DNA of 63,640 nucleotides, the filler included. It is 13 parts of 13 records of this genome, joined end to end, with 100 filler letters (N's around TTAATTAATTAA, not from the genome) between each part and the next. Parts side by side here need not be neighbours in the genome. Positions count along the whole stretch, not along the records: positions 46,721 to 50,187 come from SRR7504441_3162; positions 50,288 to 54,059 come from SRR7504441_3171; positions 54,160 to 57,667 come from SRR7504441_3173; 10 more parts are not named here. The stretch is one strand, 5' to 3'. The notes under the pieces are model-generated. The model was not told where the DNA came from. It made no database searches and was given only the letters and a program-made list of their open reading frames with translations. Position numbers and translations under genes: made by a program. Below are positions 46,952-57,767 of the stretch, one piece after another (positions within the stretch are counted from its first letter, which is position 1; every line of letters begins with the position of its first letter).

Positions 46952-48720
46952 TCAAAACTGAAAGTGTGCCCGGAAAGGTTCGACACTCTTGCAGCTGTGC
47001 GCTTGTTTGAGAACCTCGCCTAGCTGAGCATCTTCCAAGCATCCAAGCACGCTCGCTAGATGCTCCCAGCCAGACTCGGCTCCCGGATGCAGCGACAACG
47101 CTTTCAGAAAGTACCGAGCCGCCTCGGCATGGTTACCCTGCCTGGCGTGCGAGATCGCGATATTATTCCAGGACCGCACGTACCCCGGCTTGAGCGCTAG
47201 CGCCTGCCAGCCGTTAGCCGGGCAGCACACACCTCCGGACCTGGTTGTACGCATTCAGTGCTTCGCCCGGCTCACCGCCGTTCGCTTGTGTCGCCCCCAG
47301 TTTATTCCACAGCGAGTAGTTCTCAGGGTGGAGCTGAAGCGCCTTTTTGAGCCAGACCACGGCCCGCTTGTGCTCGTGGCTGAGGTTGTATAGCACCCCC
47401 AGCGCAGTAAACAGCCCAGCACTCGCCGGGATCACAGTGGCGGCCCGCTCAAATGCTTTGATCACAACCTCCACTCTAGGCTCGGTGTTCGGTGGGACCA
47501 GGCTCGCTTCCTGGGCGGCCAGCCAACTTAGAAGGAACTGGCAGGCTTGCTTGCGGTTGATCTCATTCGTGCAGCTTACACCAAGCTCCAGCAGCGTAGC
47601 GCCGTCCTCAGGATTGATTTGATACGCTTGCAGCAGCGCCGCAATTGCCTGCTGGTCGTTATCGCGCTCGGCATGCGCCACCCCCAGTCCGCGCCAGGCC
47701 GAGCCCAGCTGCTCGTTGTCATCGCTCGAGCGGCATACAGACTCAAGCTCCGCTATCGCCTGCCCTCACTCACACCCGCCCGCTGCGGCTGCGGCTGCCT
47801 GGTTGAGTTGACCCGTCTCAAGCGCCTGCAGCCCGGTCTCGAGCTGGCCCGGGCCCTGCTCGGTCTCGAATTCGTATTGCGGCGGGTCCGGGTCAGCGGA
47901 GAGCGCCTGGCCGCAGTCAGACCCCCCCGCGAGGGATGCTCGTGGCACATCTGCTAGCTCGCCCATCCCATCCTGCCGCAACCGATCGGCGTACCGCTCG
48001 AGCACGGCCTCCGTGTCCTGCGGCAGGTCGGCCGCTTCCGACCCCGGGCCTGCCCGCATGCTGACTGTTGGCATACAGCCAGCCGTACCGCCGAGCCCCG
48101 CAGTGGCTTTTCGCCAGCACTCCTCAAAGTTGGAGCCGTCTGGGTTGAGCCCGGCCTCCTCGAGCTCCGCCTTCTCTATCTGCCGCCCGCTCTCACGCAG
48201 GCCTGGTGGTTGCTTGCCTCCCCCATGCACTCCCACTGGGCGTTATGCATCTCGATATGCGCCTGCGACTGCTCCCCCGATGCCCCCACGAGCCCCCACC
48301 TTCATCTGTTCGATCTTCCGGAGTATCCGCTGCTGGCCCTCGTCCGCAACCTCCACAGCACTGCCTAGGCACTCAGCGCCTGCCCCGACCGGCCCACCCA
48401 CCCAGACGGTACGCTCAGCTCGTCCTCGGGCAGTGCAGAGAGGCCCGCCTGGACCTGCGGTGAGGGGCCGCTAGAGCTCAACGGACCTGCTGGGTGTTCC
48501 AGCCCTCCATGAACTCCGTCTGCCCGCCCTGCAGCGTCGCTGCCTCCGCCGCGGCCATCCCGGACACCTGTCGGCCGCGCCGCCGCGGCACGGGATGGAC
48601 CGCCAGGCCGGAGTGCTGGGCCTGGTCGGGCTGGGTCGGGACCAGCCCAGCCCGCTGCTGCCCGGCTGTGGTCTCGGCCACGAACTTGGACGCATTGCTG
48701 GCACCGCACGCGCCTTCCAT
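46952..48720 (-). CDS. PEX5: Peroxisomal targeting signal 1 receptor, at least 7 exons
   Basis: N-terminal MEGACGASNA (conserved Cys). TPRs AWRGLG.AHAE, LGVSCTNE, LWNKLGATQANG, ALALKPGYVRSW. Introns include 47204-47240, 47760-47798 (GC), 48180-48217 (GC), 48455-48486. Confidence 0.9.
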
Positions 48721-48767
48721 CCGCGAGGTCTTCGTCGAGCGGTGTGGACCACGCAGATCCGTTGGCG

Positions 48768-49943
48768 ATGGCAGGAACAAGCCCGCTGGAAGCGGGGGAC
48801 ATGTGGGCATCGGAGCACGCGCCACGGTACGGCGTGTGCGGCTACGAGGCCACCCCAGCAGCCGACCCCTCCGAGGCCGCCGCCGCCGACCTCCCGGGCT
48901 ACGCTCGGCTGGTGCCTCGAGACGGAGGGAGCGTCGTCCAGCTGCAGGATCGGCCCAAGCGGTCGCGCGGCCCACTGCTGTGGCGGTCGTTCCACGCGAT
49001 CGTGGCTTGGCCGTACTGGCGGATCATGGTGTTCTGCCTGCTTTCGTGCATAGTGGTCTGGCTATTGATCGGCGTGATTTACCACGTGCTACGGACCAAC
49101 AATTTAGTCGGGCTGGTGGACGAAGCGCCAGGGCTGCCGAGCGACGAGTATAGCGACAGAGATACGTTCTTCGCGTCATTCCTGCTGGTGTCCTACACTG
49201 CCACCACGGTCGGGTTCGGGGCCTACTACCCGACAGACAAACGCGGGTACTGGGGATCGGCGGTGTGTTTTTTAGCCTATTTTGCGCAGCTGTTCATCAC
49301 CGGGAGCTGGGTGGCGATCATGATGGTCAAGGCCGGGATGGCCAGGCCGCTCCAGCACACCGTGCTCTTCTCCAACCGTGCCGTGCTCAAGAGGCGCGAT
49401 CCAGAAGGCGCTTGCTTCCAGTCAAGACTCATCAACCTCCGTACAAAGCACCCGTGGCTCGAGGTAAGGGTCCGGCTCTTCTACTCGAGCTGGTCGGGCG
49501 GCCGGCACTCAATGGTGCCGCTCGCGCTCGAGCTCTTCTCGGCCGATTCTCTTCGAGGCAAGGTCGACTGCTCAAGCCAGCTGACGGCGCCGCTGTTCAT
49601 GGACCTGCCTGTGTACGTGACGCACCGGATAACGGAACAGTCTCCGCTGGACGAGCTGAGCCCTGAGCGGATGACTGAGGAGCGCGGCGAGCTGGTTGTC
49701 GAGTTGGAGGGTTACGATCCGCTCACAGGAGGCCCGATCAAAAGGCGGTTTAGCTACGTTGCGGCGGAGTTGTTTGTGGATCACGAGTTCAGCTCGGTGC
49801 TGGAGCAGGATCCGGACGGCGGGTATCGTGTGAATTTAGATAGGTTCCACAGGACTTATGAGGTCGATCCGAGCGAGGAGCACGTTTATGCTACCAGCGA
49901 CCAACAAGGCTGGGCACGGCAAGGGGTCCACTACGCTCTATGA
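48768..49943 (+). CDS. Inward-rectifier potassium channel (Kir family)
   Basis: Two TMs around the filter TATTVGFG. Cytoplasmic motifs VLFSNRAV, RFSYVAAE and YRVNLDRFH. Confidence 0.92.
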   Translation: MAGTSPLEAGDMWASEHAPRYGVCGYEATPAADPSEAAAADLPGYARLVPRDGGSVVQLQDRPKRSRGPLLWRSFHAIVAWPYWRIMVFCLLSCIVVWLLIGVIYHVLRTNNLVGLVDEAPGLPSDEYSDRDTFFASFLLVSYTATTVGFGAYYPTDKRGYWGSAVCFLAYFAQLFITGSWVAIMMVKAGMARPLQHTVLFSNRAVLKRRDPEGACFQSRLINLRTKHPWLEVRVRLFYSSWSGGRHSMVPLALELFSADSLRGKVDCSSQLTAPLFMDLPVYVTHRITEQSPLDELSPERMTEERGELVVELEGYDPLTGGPIKRRFSYVAAELFVDHEFSSVLEQDPDGGYRVNLDRFHRTYEVDPSEEHVYATSDQQGWARQGVHYAL

Positions 49944-50345
49944 TGAAGCGAGTGCTATTAGAGTGCTATATAATTATTTAGTTACTATGTATACAATCAT
50001 GTACGCGTCTTGAAATAAAGAGGGCATTTTCTACTAAAGTAGGTATATACGTAGGTCCTAAGTAGTCCTATAAGGCCATATCATATTGTTTACTTTTTGG
50101 AGTGTGATTTCAAATTTGTTCCCTATTGCGCGCGTCGTTTTAATTAAAGTTTTTTTGGGCTTCGTAGACCTTTGGCTTCGTAGACCTNNNNNNNNNNNNN
50201 NNNNNNNNNNNNNNNNNNNNNNNNNNNNNNNTTAATTAATTAANNNNNNNNNNNNNNNNNNNNNNNNNNNNNNNNNNNNNNNNNNNNCGAAGTGGCACAC
50301 TGGATGGTGATAAGGTGCTGGCCCTGGCAGAACTGCCACACCTCC

Positions 50346-51575
50346 ATGATGACGCTCGCGCCCTCACACCTCCTCCTCCTCCTCCTCCTTGCGCTGATCG
50401 TTTCTGCTGTCAGCGCTGCATATCCGGTTCCTACATCGTGGCCTGATTTTGGCTGGGGCACCGTGGGAAGCCTGACGTTCGCTCACCTGGCCAAGCGCAC
50501 AGATCCTCTGAACGTCAGCGAGGCGGCATTTCTAGGTCGCTTTCAAATGGTCACGATAGAGAAGCCCATGGACGCGGCACATGTGGGCTGGACAGAGGAC
50601 AAGATGTCTACGGCCGCTCGTGCGGTCAAGGCGGCAGCTCCGAGGGCTAAGCTGCTACGCTACATCAACGCCCTTCTCGACTTCAACCACAGCGACGCCA
50701 ACTTCTCTCTGCACGTGCCGGCAGCAGCCCGAGGCTTCCTTCTGCCGCCCTTCCACAACGGCCTGGGCACCTTCAACCTGGGCCTCCCAGGCATGCGGGC
50801 CCTGCTGGTGCAGGAGTGCCTCAACGCCACATCCATCATGCATGGCCCGTTTGACGGCTGCTTCATAGATCGCGCCAACTTCGGGCAGCAATTGAGCCGT
50901 GCGGACACCGTTCCCAAGGGCTTCACCGAACAGGACGTGGCAGGCCTGGCACGAGGGGGTGAGCTGCTCCTCACAGAGCTGCAGCAGGCGGTTGGGAGCG
51001 GCCGGTACATCTTGGCGAAGGAGCACGGAGGTCTCGCCGGGTACGGTGATGGCACCAGGGTGAATTCTCTGATGATGAATGACGGGCTGTGCTCTGTGTA
51101 CCAAGCGGTTAAAAAGACCACGCCAGGGCTGTGGTACGATGCCGAGGCGTGCCTGGCTCAGCTCAACGCCTCGCTGGCTGCAGCACAAAGAGGCCAGCTG
51201 GTGCAGTCACGGGCCATGGGGCCCATTGGCACCAGTGGAGCAGCACACGGCAACTTCACATTTGTGTTGGCTGCATTTCTCTCCTTCGCCGAGGAACATT
51301 CCTACTTTTCGTACGCCAGCAACGGGAGAGATTCCTACGACTTTGCCGCCACCCCTTGGATGCCGCAGTACGATCTGCCCCTCAGCGCACCGCTGGGTCC
51401 CGCCACGCGCACTGGCCCGAATGGCAGTGTCTTCACTCGCAGGTTTGCTGCGGGCGTGAACGTGTCCTTCAGCGCATACACCGGTGAGGCCTCTATATGC
51501 TGGGGGGGCAGCCGAGGCTGCGACCGGGCAGTTAGGCCGACGGTGGCTCTGCGGGGCACGCTTGCGGAGAAATGA
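50346..51575 (+). CDS. Secreted putative glycoside hydrolase (GHL15-like TIM barrel)
   Basis: Signal peptide; FQMVTIEK, FDGCFID, LAAFL...SYF and YDLPLSAPLGPA...FTRRF motifs. Confidence 0.65.
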   Translation: MMTLAPSHLLLLLLLALIVSAVSAAYPVPTSWPDFGWGTVGSLTFAHLAKRTDPLNVSEAAFLGRFQMVTIEKPMDAAHVGWTEDKMSTAARAVKAAAPRAKLLRYINALLDFNHSDANFSLHVPAAARGFLLPPFHNGLGTFNLGLPGMRALLVQECLNATSIMHGPFDGCFIDRANFGQQLSRADTVPKGFTEQDVAGLARGGELLLTELQQAVGSGRYILAKEHGGLAGYGDGTRVNSLMMNDGLCSVYQAVKKTTPGLWYDAEACLAQLNASLAAAQRGQLVQSRAMGPIGTSGAAHGNFTFVLAAFLSFAEEHSYFSYASNGRDSYDFAATPWMPQYDLPLSAPLGPATRTGPNGSVFTRRFAAGVNVSFSAYTGEASICWGGSRGCDRAVRPTVALRGTLAEK

Positions 51576-51723
51576 TGAACAGAGACAATGCTGCCGAGGC
51601 GTACACGACAGAAATGCCTATACATGTGAAGATAATTATATTTTCTGTTTGCCAAACTATCCGTAGACTATCCGTTGGTTAATCCCTTGGTTGTGTGCCG
51701 TGTAGTCTGGCTAGTCGCATTAA

Positions 51724-52389
51724 TTAAATTGTTGCCGACGGGCTTAGTCGAGCTGGATGACCTGAGGACAAACAATGATCAATACACGAGTACAATACAT
51801 GATTGTATACCTGATCCTCCTCACCGCCGCAGCAGCTCTCGTGCATGTACACCTCCTTCAGGTCCCCGCAGCGGAGCACGCCGCCACAGAGTGTCTGTTG
51901 GACCATCCTGCGAGTCGGATCCTCGGAGTCGCTGCCGCAGTCTTGATTGACAAAGAGCGGCTTTAGTTCAGTAAAAGTGGCCAGCAGCAGTGCGTCGTAA
52001 TCTAATGTCTGGGGGACCTTGTCTTCTTCGTGCATTTGGTGCACCATAGCGGCGAGCCGGTGTCCGCTGGTGGCCGGCACCCGCACCCCTGTGGTGCCAT
52101 TGTAGATCACCCGCACATCTTGCTCCGATTGGCAGTGGTGCCGCTCGTACAGCCGCTTGACCTCCACGCAGTGCAGCGCGTTCCCCCCACTGCACAGCGC
52201 CTTCTGCACCACCGCCAGCGTCTCGTCCGCATCCGGTGTGCTCGCGGACATGGCCACCAGCGGCTGCGCGCAGTTGAACACCTTGGCCAACAATCCGGCG
52301 AAGACTTCGGCGTCGGTCGCATCCGAGCCATCGCCGGCCGAGGCCGCGCTCACGGCCAGAAGCATCAGGCCCAACGCCCCACACAGCAT
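51724..52389 (-). CDS. Secreted Cys-rich hypothetical protein with two similar repeats
   Basis: Signal peptide; repeats VVQKALCSGGNALHCVEVKRLY and MVQQTLC-GGVLRCGDLKEVY. Confidence 0.65.
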   Translation of the reverse strand: MLCGALGLMLLAVSAASAGDGSDATDAEVFAGLLAKVFNCAQPLVAMSASTPDADETLAVVQKALCSGGNALHCVEVKRLYERHHCQSEQDVRVIYNGTTGVRVPATSGHRLAAMVHQMHEEDKVPQTLDYDALLLATFTELKPLFVNQDCGSDSEDPTRRMVQQTLCGGVLRCGDLKEVYMHESCCGGEEDQVYNHVLYSCIDHCLSSGHPARLSPSATI

Positions 52390-52491
52390 TGCTGGCTGCT
52401 GGCTGTCGGGTCAAGAAAGTGAAGAAACCCACCGGTCGCCTAACTCGCCTTCCATCGGCGGGTCCGAGCGAAGCCGAGCAGTGCCCCGACG

Positions 52492-53477
52492 ATGGACGTG
52501 TGGCCGGGCCCCAGCCTGCCGCCAACTGCGCGTGAGCTGTGCCCAGTGATAGCCTGCTGGCAGCTCGAGCAGTACCTCTCGCTGGCCGCCGCGCTCCGCG
52601 ACCGACCCGTCTCGCTGCTCCGACCGCTGCTGCTGGCCGTCGCCGCCAAGCCCAGGTCCTCCAGCTGATTTGGGCGGCTTGACCTGCTGCCGACAGCAGC
52701 CGGCGGACCAGCCGGCGGGTCTGTCGCCGGGCCTGCCGGGCCCTCGGGCTCCAGCAGGCCTTTTGCCTCCGGTACGATCCGGCGGCCGGGCCAGCTTCGG
52801 TGATGCTCGCCGGGAGCCTCGCGGTGTTCGGGTCCGTTCGATGGTGCAGCCAGTCGGGGGGGCGAGACTGAGCCCGGGGGCAGGAGCCAGAAGCTTAACC
52901 GGATGGCTGTGCGGGTGGAGCAGCTGATGGCGACTTACTTTCATCTGGCGACTCTGGGCGGCGCGTGCTACTTGTGTCACAAGATCGGGCGGGCCACTTG
53001 GCTGGCCCGGCAGCAGCTGCTGGTAGCGCAGCTGCTGCAAAACCGGCAGATGGCCAGCCAGTGTCGGCTGCATCTCACATTCAATGCGATAGAGCAGGCG
53101 TTGCCACGGTGAGTGCTGCCCGACTCAGCACTCTCAGCAACGGCAGGCGGGCGTTCAAGCTCGCCTTCAGGGAGCTGGGCTGGGCCAAGCAGCGGGGCGA
53201 TGACCGGGTGTGAGCCAGGCTTGGGCCGGTGCTGAGCTGTTTGGGGCAGTGGCTGTTTGTTGTGCGTGTGACACTTATGCACTTGCACCAAAGGCTACCA
53301 GAGATGGTCCAGGCCGGACGGACGGGCTTGCCGGCACGCTGGGAGCGGGTGTTAGTGCTGGAGCTGCGCCGGCTTCAGGGCACGCTCGATGCGCTGGGCA
53401 GGCAACATGTTAAGGCGATCCAAGACAGTGCCTCCAACCTGCTAGATCTTTATAGCAACGTGGGCCCGCACTTGTAG
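52492..53477 (+). CDS. Intron-rich hypothetical protein
   Basis: Successive short helical frames separated by candidate short GT-AG introns, ending at TAG 53477. Exon structure is uncertain. Confidence 0.45.
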
Positions 53478-53585
53478 TTGACTAAATTTAACGTCTATGG
53501 TCGTGCGAGTGCCCTATGGTCGACGACACGCTTACTTATCCTTAGTCATTCAATGCAGTACGTAATGCTACTTCAAAGGCGGGTG

Positions 53586-54059
53586 CTATAATTGACTCTT
53601 CTTCCTAATCTTGAGGTGTTGCTCTACTAGAATCCCGAGCTCGAACGAGTCCAACGTCTTGGAAAGCGCCTCGAAGGCGGTCTGCTGGGCTGCCCCCCGC
53701 TCCGAGTCCGGCACGATCTCAACTGTCCCGTCCTCGCCCACCTGCCACGTGTAGTGAAAGCTCCCGTTGGCCACCTCGCTCAGGAACGCTCGGTCGGCCC
53801 TGCTGATCTCAGGCCGGAGCACCACTGATTCCACCCCCTTCTGGATCGCACTGTTCAGGGCGCTGTCCGTGCCCACTGCGTGTCGCTCCGGCGCGAAAGT
53901 CAGTCGTCCGTGCCCAAAGCTGTCACCGCGTAGGATGTTGGGCGAACCAGTGCGGAATAGGTTCAGCGCCTGGAAAAAGTGGCCGTTCCCCAGTGAAGTG
54001 AAGAATCTGGCCCCTGGCTCCAAATGCTCCCGCCTTATCGCCGGGAATCCGCTCTCTGC
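53586..54059 (-). CDS. 3' fragment of a hypothetical protein
   Basis: 145+ aa open frame running from the contig end to a stop, convergent with the previous gene. Confidence 0.55.
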   Translation of the reverse strand, partial: AESGFPAIRREHLEPGARFFTSLGNGHFFQALNLFRTGSPNILRGDSFGHGRLTFAPERHAVGTDSALNSAIQKGVESVVLRPEISRADRAFLSEVANGSFHYTWQVGEDGTVEIVPDSERGAAQQTAFEALSKTLDSFELGILVEQHLKIRKKSQL

Positions 54060-54268
54060 NNNNNNNNNNNNNNNNNNNNNNNNNNNNNNNNNNNNNNNNN
54101 NNNTTAATTAATTAANNNNNNNNNNNNNNNNNNNNNNNNNNNNNNNNNNNNNNNNNNNNCGCAGACACAAAGTATGCGCTCACGACACTATTACCTGGTA
54201 CCTAGAGTACGAGTTCGTACGTATACGACGGTATTTCAAGTACTGTAGAGTCTAGATCCCGGCGCGCA

Positions 54269-57200
54269 ATGGGCGCAGAGGCTGGCCCGAGCGAGGACAC
54301 CTGGTCGCTCAGCTCCGCGCTTCCAGCCCAACCCGGCGGCTCACCGGTCCCCGGCGTGTCCCGGGCCGGCCAACTGGACTCCGAGGAGCGCCAGCGGGCG
54401 ATCGGCGTGCTCCGGGCCGTCGAGGGCGGCTGGCGCAACAGGCTGGCCGGCACCCAGCTCTGCGGGGCCATGCTGCTGGCCGGATTCCCGCCAGGGTACA
54501 CGGAGGCGTTCCTCCACGCGGCCGACCCGAGTTGGTGTGCCGCCCAGGACGGGCGCGGGCTTGTGATCGCCGGACCGAGCTGGCTGGAGCTGCTCGGTTG
54601 CCAGAAGTGCGAGTCGGGCCCGGGCACGCTGTGCAGTTTCTTCCACCTGATGGAGGCGGCGCTCAAGTCGGCCGGCGCTGGGCAGCCTTGCGGCGGACCG
54701 TGCGGGCGGGCGCCGGGCGGGGGCGAGTTGGTTCCGGCGTGGGAAGCTTGGATGGCCGCGGAGGGGGAGCCGCGCAGGCTGGAGCTCGAGGCCACGATGG
54801 AGCAGCTGGCGCAGGCGGCGCTGACCGCGCAGGAAAATGCGCTGCTCCCGTACCAGCATGTCTGGCCTGTGCGCCAGTGGCTGCGATGGCGGAGCTCGCG
54901 CAGGGCCGCTGCGATGCCGCAGACCCTGCCCGGCAAGCCGAGCTGGCTGGACCCGTCGCTCCGCTACTACAACGTGCTGCTGGAGCTCGCGCCGTACTTT
55001 GAGACTCGGCTTGGCATGGCCGGGTCTGCGGTGGCTGAGTGCGGCGCGGAGGAGCTGGCTCGGGTACTCCGTCTGGCGAGTGAGCAGACCTCTGCCATGG
55101 CAGAGGGATGGGCGCTCGAGCAGCCATCGCTGCTCGAAGTGGCGCAGCAGCTGCCCGGCGAGCTCGAGCTTGACTCATACGCTAAGCTGGCCCAGCCGCT
55201 GCTCTCAACTGACCAGCCTGCAGGAGATATGCCGCTAAGGAGCCTAGTGCTGGCGCCTCTTGAATGGATCAGCTGCTGCCGCAACTGGGTTGAGCAACTG
55301 CTCGCCGCGTTCGGCTCGTCGGTTGAAGACTTGACGGGCCTTGAGCAGTGCCATGCGAGCCTTGCAGAGATGGCACAGCTGCTCCGAGCGGAGCTTGGGT
55401 CGGAATCAACTGGCTTGGCGGCAGAGGACAACATCGATGGTTCTGAGCCTGACCTGATTCACCTCAGATCGGCCGACTGTGCTGTTGACCTGCTGCTAGA
55501 CCTGCAGGTGATCGGGCAACGAGGCCCAGAGCAGGCAGGTGAGAACTGGCGGCTGCTACTCCTGCGAGACCGGCTGGTTGTAATAGCTGAGCACACAACC
55601 GACCAGGCTAGGCCTACGCTGGAGGGGTGGCTCCAGCTGAGCCGGCCTGTGGACGACAGCGAGGCAGTGTGGGACCCTTGGTGGTTTGAGCTGAAACCTG
55701 ACTGTGAATCACTAGTCTACTTCACTCGCCCGAGCGGTGAGGGCAAGAGGCAAGCTGGCGAGATCCAGCTGCTGGCGGCGTCTGTCGTCCAGCAGGGCTC
55801 GGAGCTCAATCTTGATTCGATGGATCAACGGCACAGTCTGCGTGTGCCTGGATTCGATGGCGAGCCTACGCTGAATGAGTGGGAACTGGCGCTGCAGAAG
55901 TCGATTCAAATGCTCGGCGTGCAGCATCAAGATCAGGCTGCTTCGAGCTGGTTGTTGTTGAGTTCAAATCTAAGCCGGGTTTCGTACCATTCTGTCGAGG
56001 GCTCAAACAGTGGCATCATTGGTATTGATACCACACTTGCTCGCTTCTTAGATTCTGAGTTGGATGCCCTGAGTGACAAGGAAGTATCCAGTGCTTTCGA
56101 GGAGCTATGTACAGTCCGGGGTGCGGCCTAGTGCCTGAGATTGGTCCATGATTTTGGTTCAGGTTTATCCGACAGCCACATGAGCTTGAGTGGTGAGGCC
56201 AAACGAGCCCTCCTTCGAGTTGCTTCAAGAGATACTGAATACATCCCTCCGCCAAAGCTTTTCTGGATCGAACTACCCACTGCTGAGCACAATGCTAGGC
56301 TCAAAGCTGAACTGGATGCTGCCCAGATTACTACGCTGGCTCAGCAGAGCAGCATAAATCGGCGCGAGGGCTTATTTGATTTGCTCTCTTTGGAGGCTCG
56401 AGATGCGACTGTTGCGCTGAGGTCGATGACGTCTGATGGACTGAGCGACCAGGAGCAATTGAGCCAGCAGCGCCGGGCCGCGCAGGAGCGGTGGGGCGAT
56501 TGCAGGTGCCTGGCGGTATCGCTCGAGGAGCACTGGGACGATAACACCACGCCTCTGCTCCCTGCAGGCAACCTGGACCGTGCGCTGTGTGCTGAGTTGG
56601 CTGGTGCAGCGGCGCAGGTGGATCTGCAACTGGTGGCTGGATTGAAGCCGATCCCGACTGCCCACCACGCTAGATTCATCGCCTGCATCCGGGAGTCGGT
56701 TGCTTTGGCACTTCAGGTGGATAACTCGATGGTTCGAGTTTGGTTGGTGGATGAGTCGAGCAACCGCATATCGCTTGGATTGTTAGCAGTCCCAGAGTCC
56801 ATAGCTTCGCGATCGACTGCGGTGCTAGATGTCAGAACTTTGGCTGGGGCGCTTCAGACGCAACTCAGTGATTCTAGTAGTGCTTTGTTGGCCAGTACTC
56901 TGGGCCAGTTTATTGCCGACAACAGCTCTGATGCGACTTGGAGGAGTTTGGCTTGTTACGGGGACGGGCAACAGCTCAAATCGGCGCTCATTGCGCTGGA
57001 TCGAGGTTATAATCAGGGTGGGCTACGGCTACGACCGGATCCAGCTGCATTAGCACGCTGGCAGGATGAGGTGGACATCGAGGGGGTCCAAGCACTCGAC
57101 CGCACTGCACTGGGTCAACTTGCCACGCACATTGCTGTGCAGGTGCTGTGTGCCGCGCTGAGCTGTAGTGTTCATAACTAAGTAGCATTCTAAGTAAGCA

Positions 57201-57538
57201 ACATTCTAGGTGCCGCGCTGAGCTGGATTAACACAATTCTGCAGGTCGGGACGGATCTTAGTTTGAAGCAGCTCAATCAGCAAATTGATGCCGCAGAAAT
57301 GGGAGAGGGCTTGATGTCTTATTCTCAATTCGAGCAGTGGCTCACGACAGCGCTGCACTATGCACCCGAGAGTGCACAGGAGATTGCAGAGCATGTAGCG
57401 CTGCCAGAGCTTGTGCGCGACGCTTCGTGGGTGTATGCCTCGCCGGAGGCGCAAGCGATCGCCGAGTGTCCGCACGAATCTTCTTTCACAGAATGGTGTG
57501 CTGGTGCTGTCTCGCCGTCGAAACGTGAACTATTGTAA
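54269..57538 (+). CDS. PH-domain protein with a DH-like helical region and a C-terminal SEA-like domain, at least 3 exons
   Basis: PH-like EGWLQL...WWFEL...LVYF...EWELALQ and DH-like LVLAPLEWI. Introns at about 56113-56162 and at 57143-57244. Confidence 0.65.
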
Positions 57539-57767
57539 GCTATGTCACAAATTACGGATACACCCGGGCAAAATAGTTTGGGGGTACAGATAATTACTTG
57601 ATAATATATAAACTTCTCGTACAATAATCAAGTTCCCGGGGGGGGGGGGGGTACGAGGCCGGAAACTNNNNNNNNNNNNNNNNNNNNNNNNNNNNNNNNN
57701 NNNNNNNNNNNTTAATTAATTAANNNNNNNNNNNNNNNNNNNNNNNNNNNNNNNNNNNNNNNNNNNN

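Noticed and set aside
57638-57651. Poly-G tracts at contig ends (also 17179-17191) as telomeric or G-quadruplex elements
   Set aside because: They are simple homopolymers next to assembly breaks. The one at 17179 lies in an intron start. No telomeric repeat unit is present.
4309-57767. Repeated TTAATTAATTAA motif flanked by Ns as a biological repeat or array
   Set aside because: It is an identical artificial six-frame-stop linker between contigs. Gene order across linkers is also meaningless, so no cross-contig cluster was inferred.
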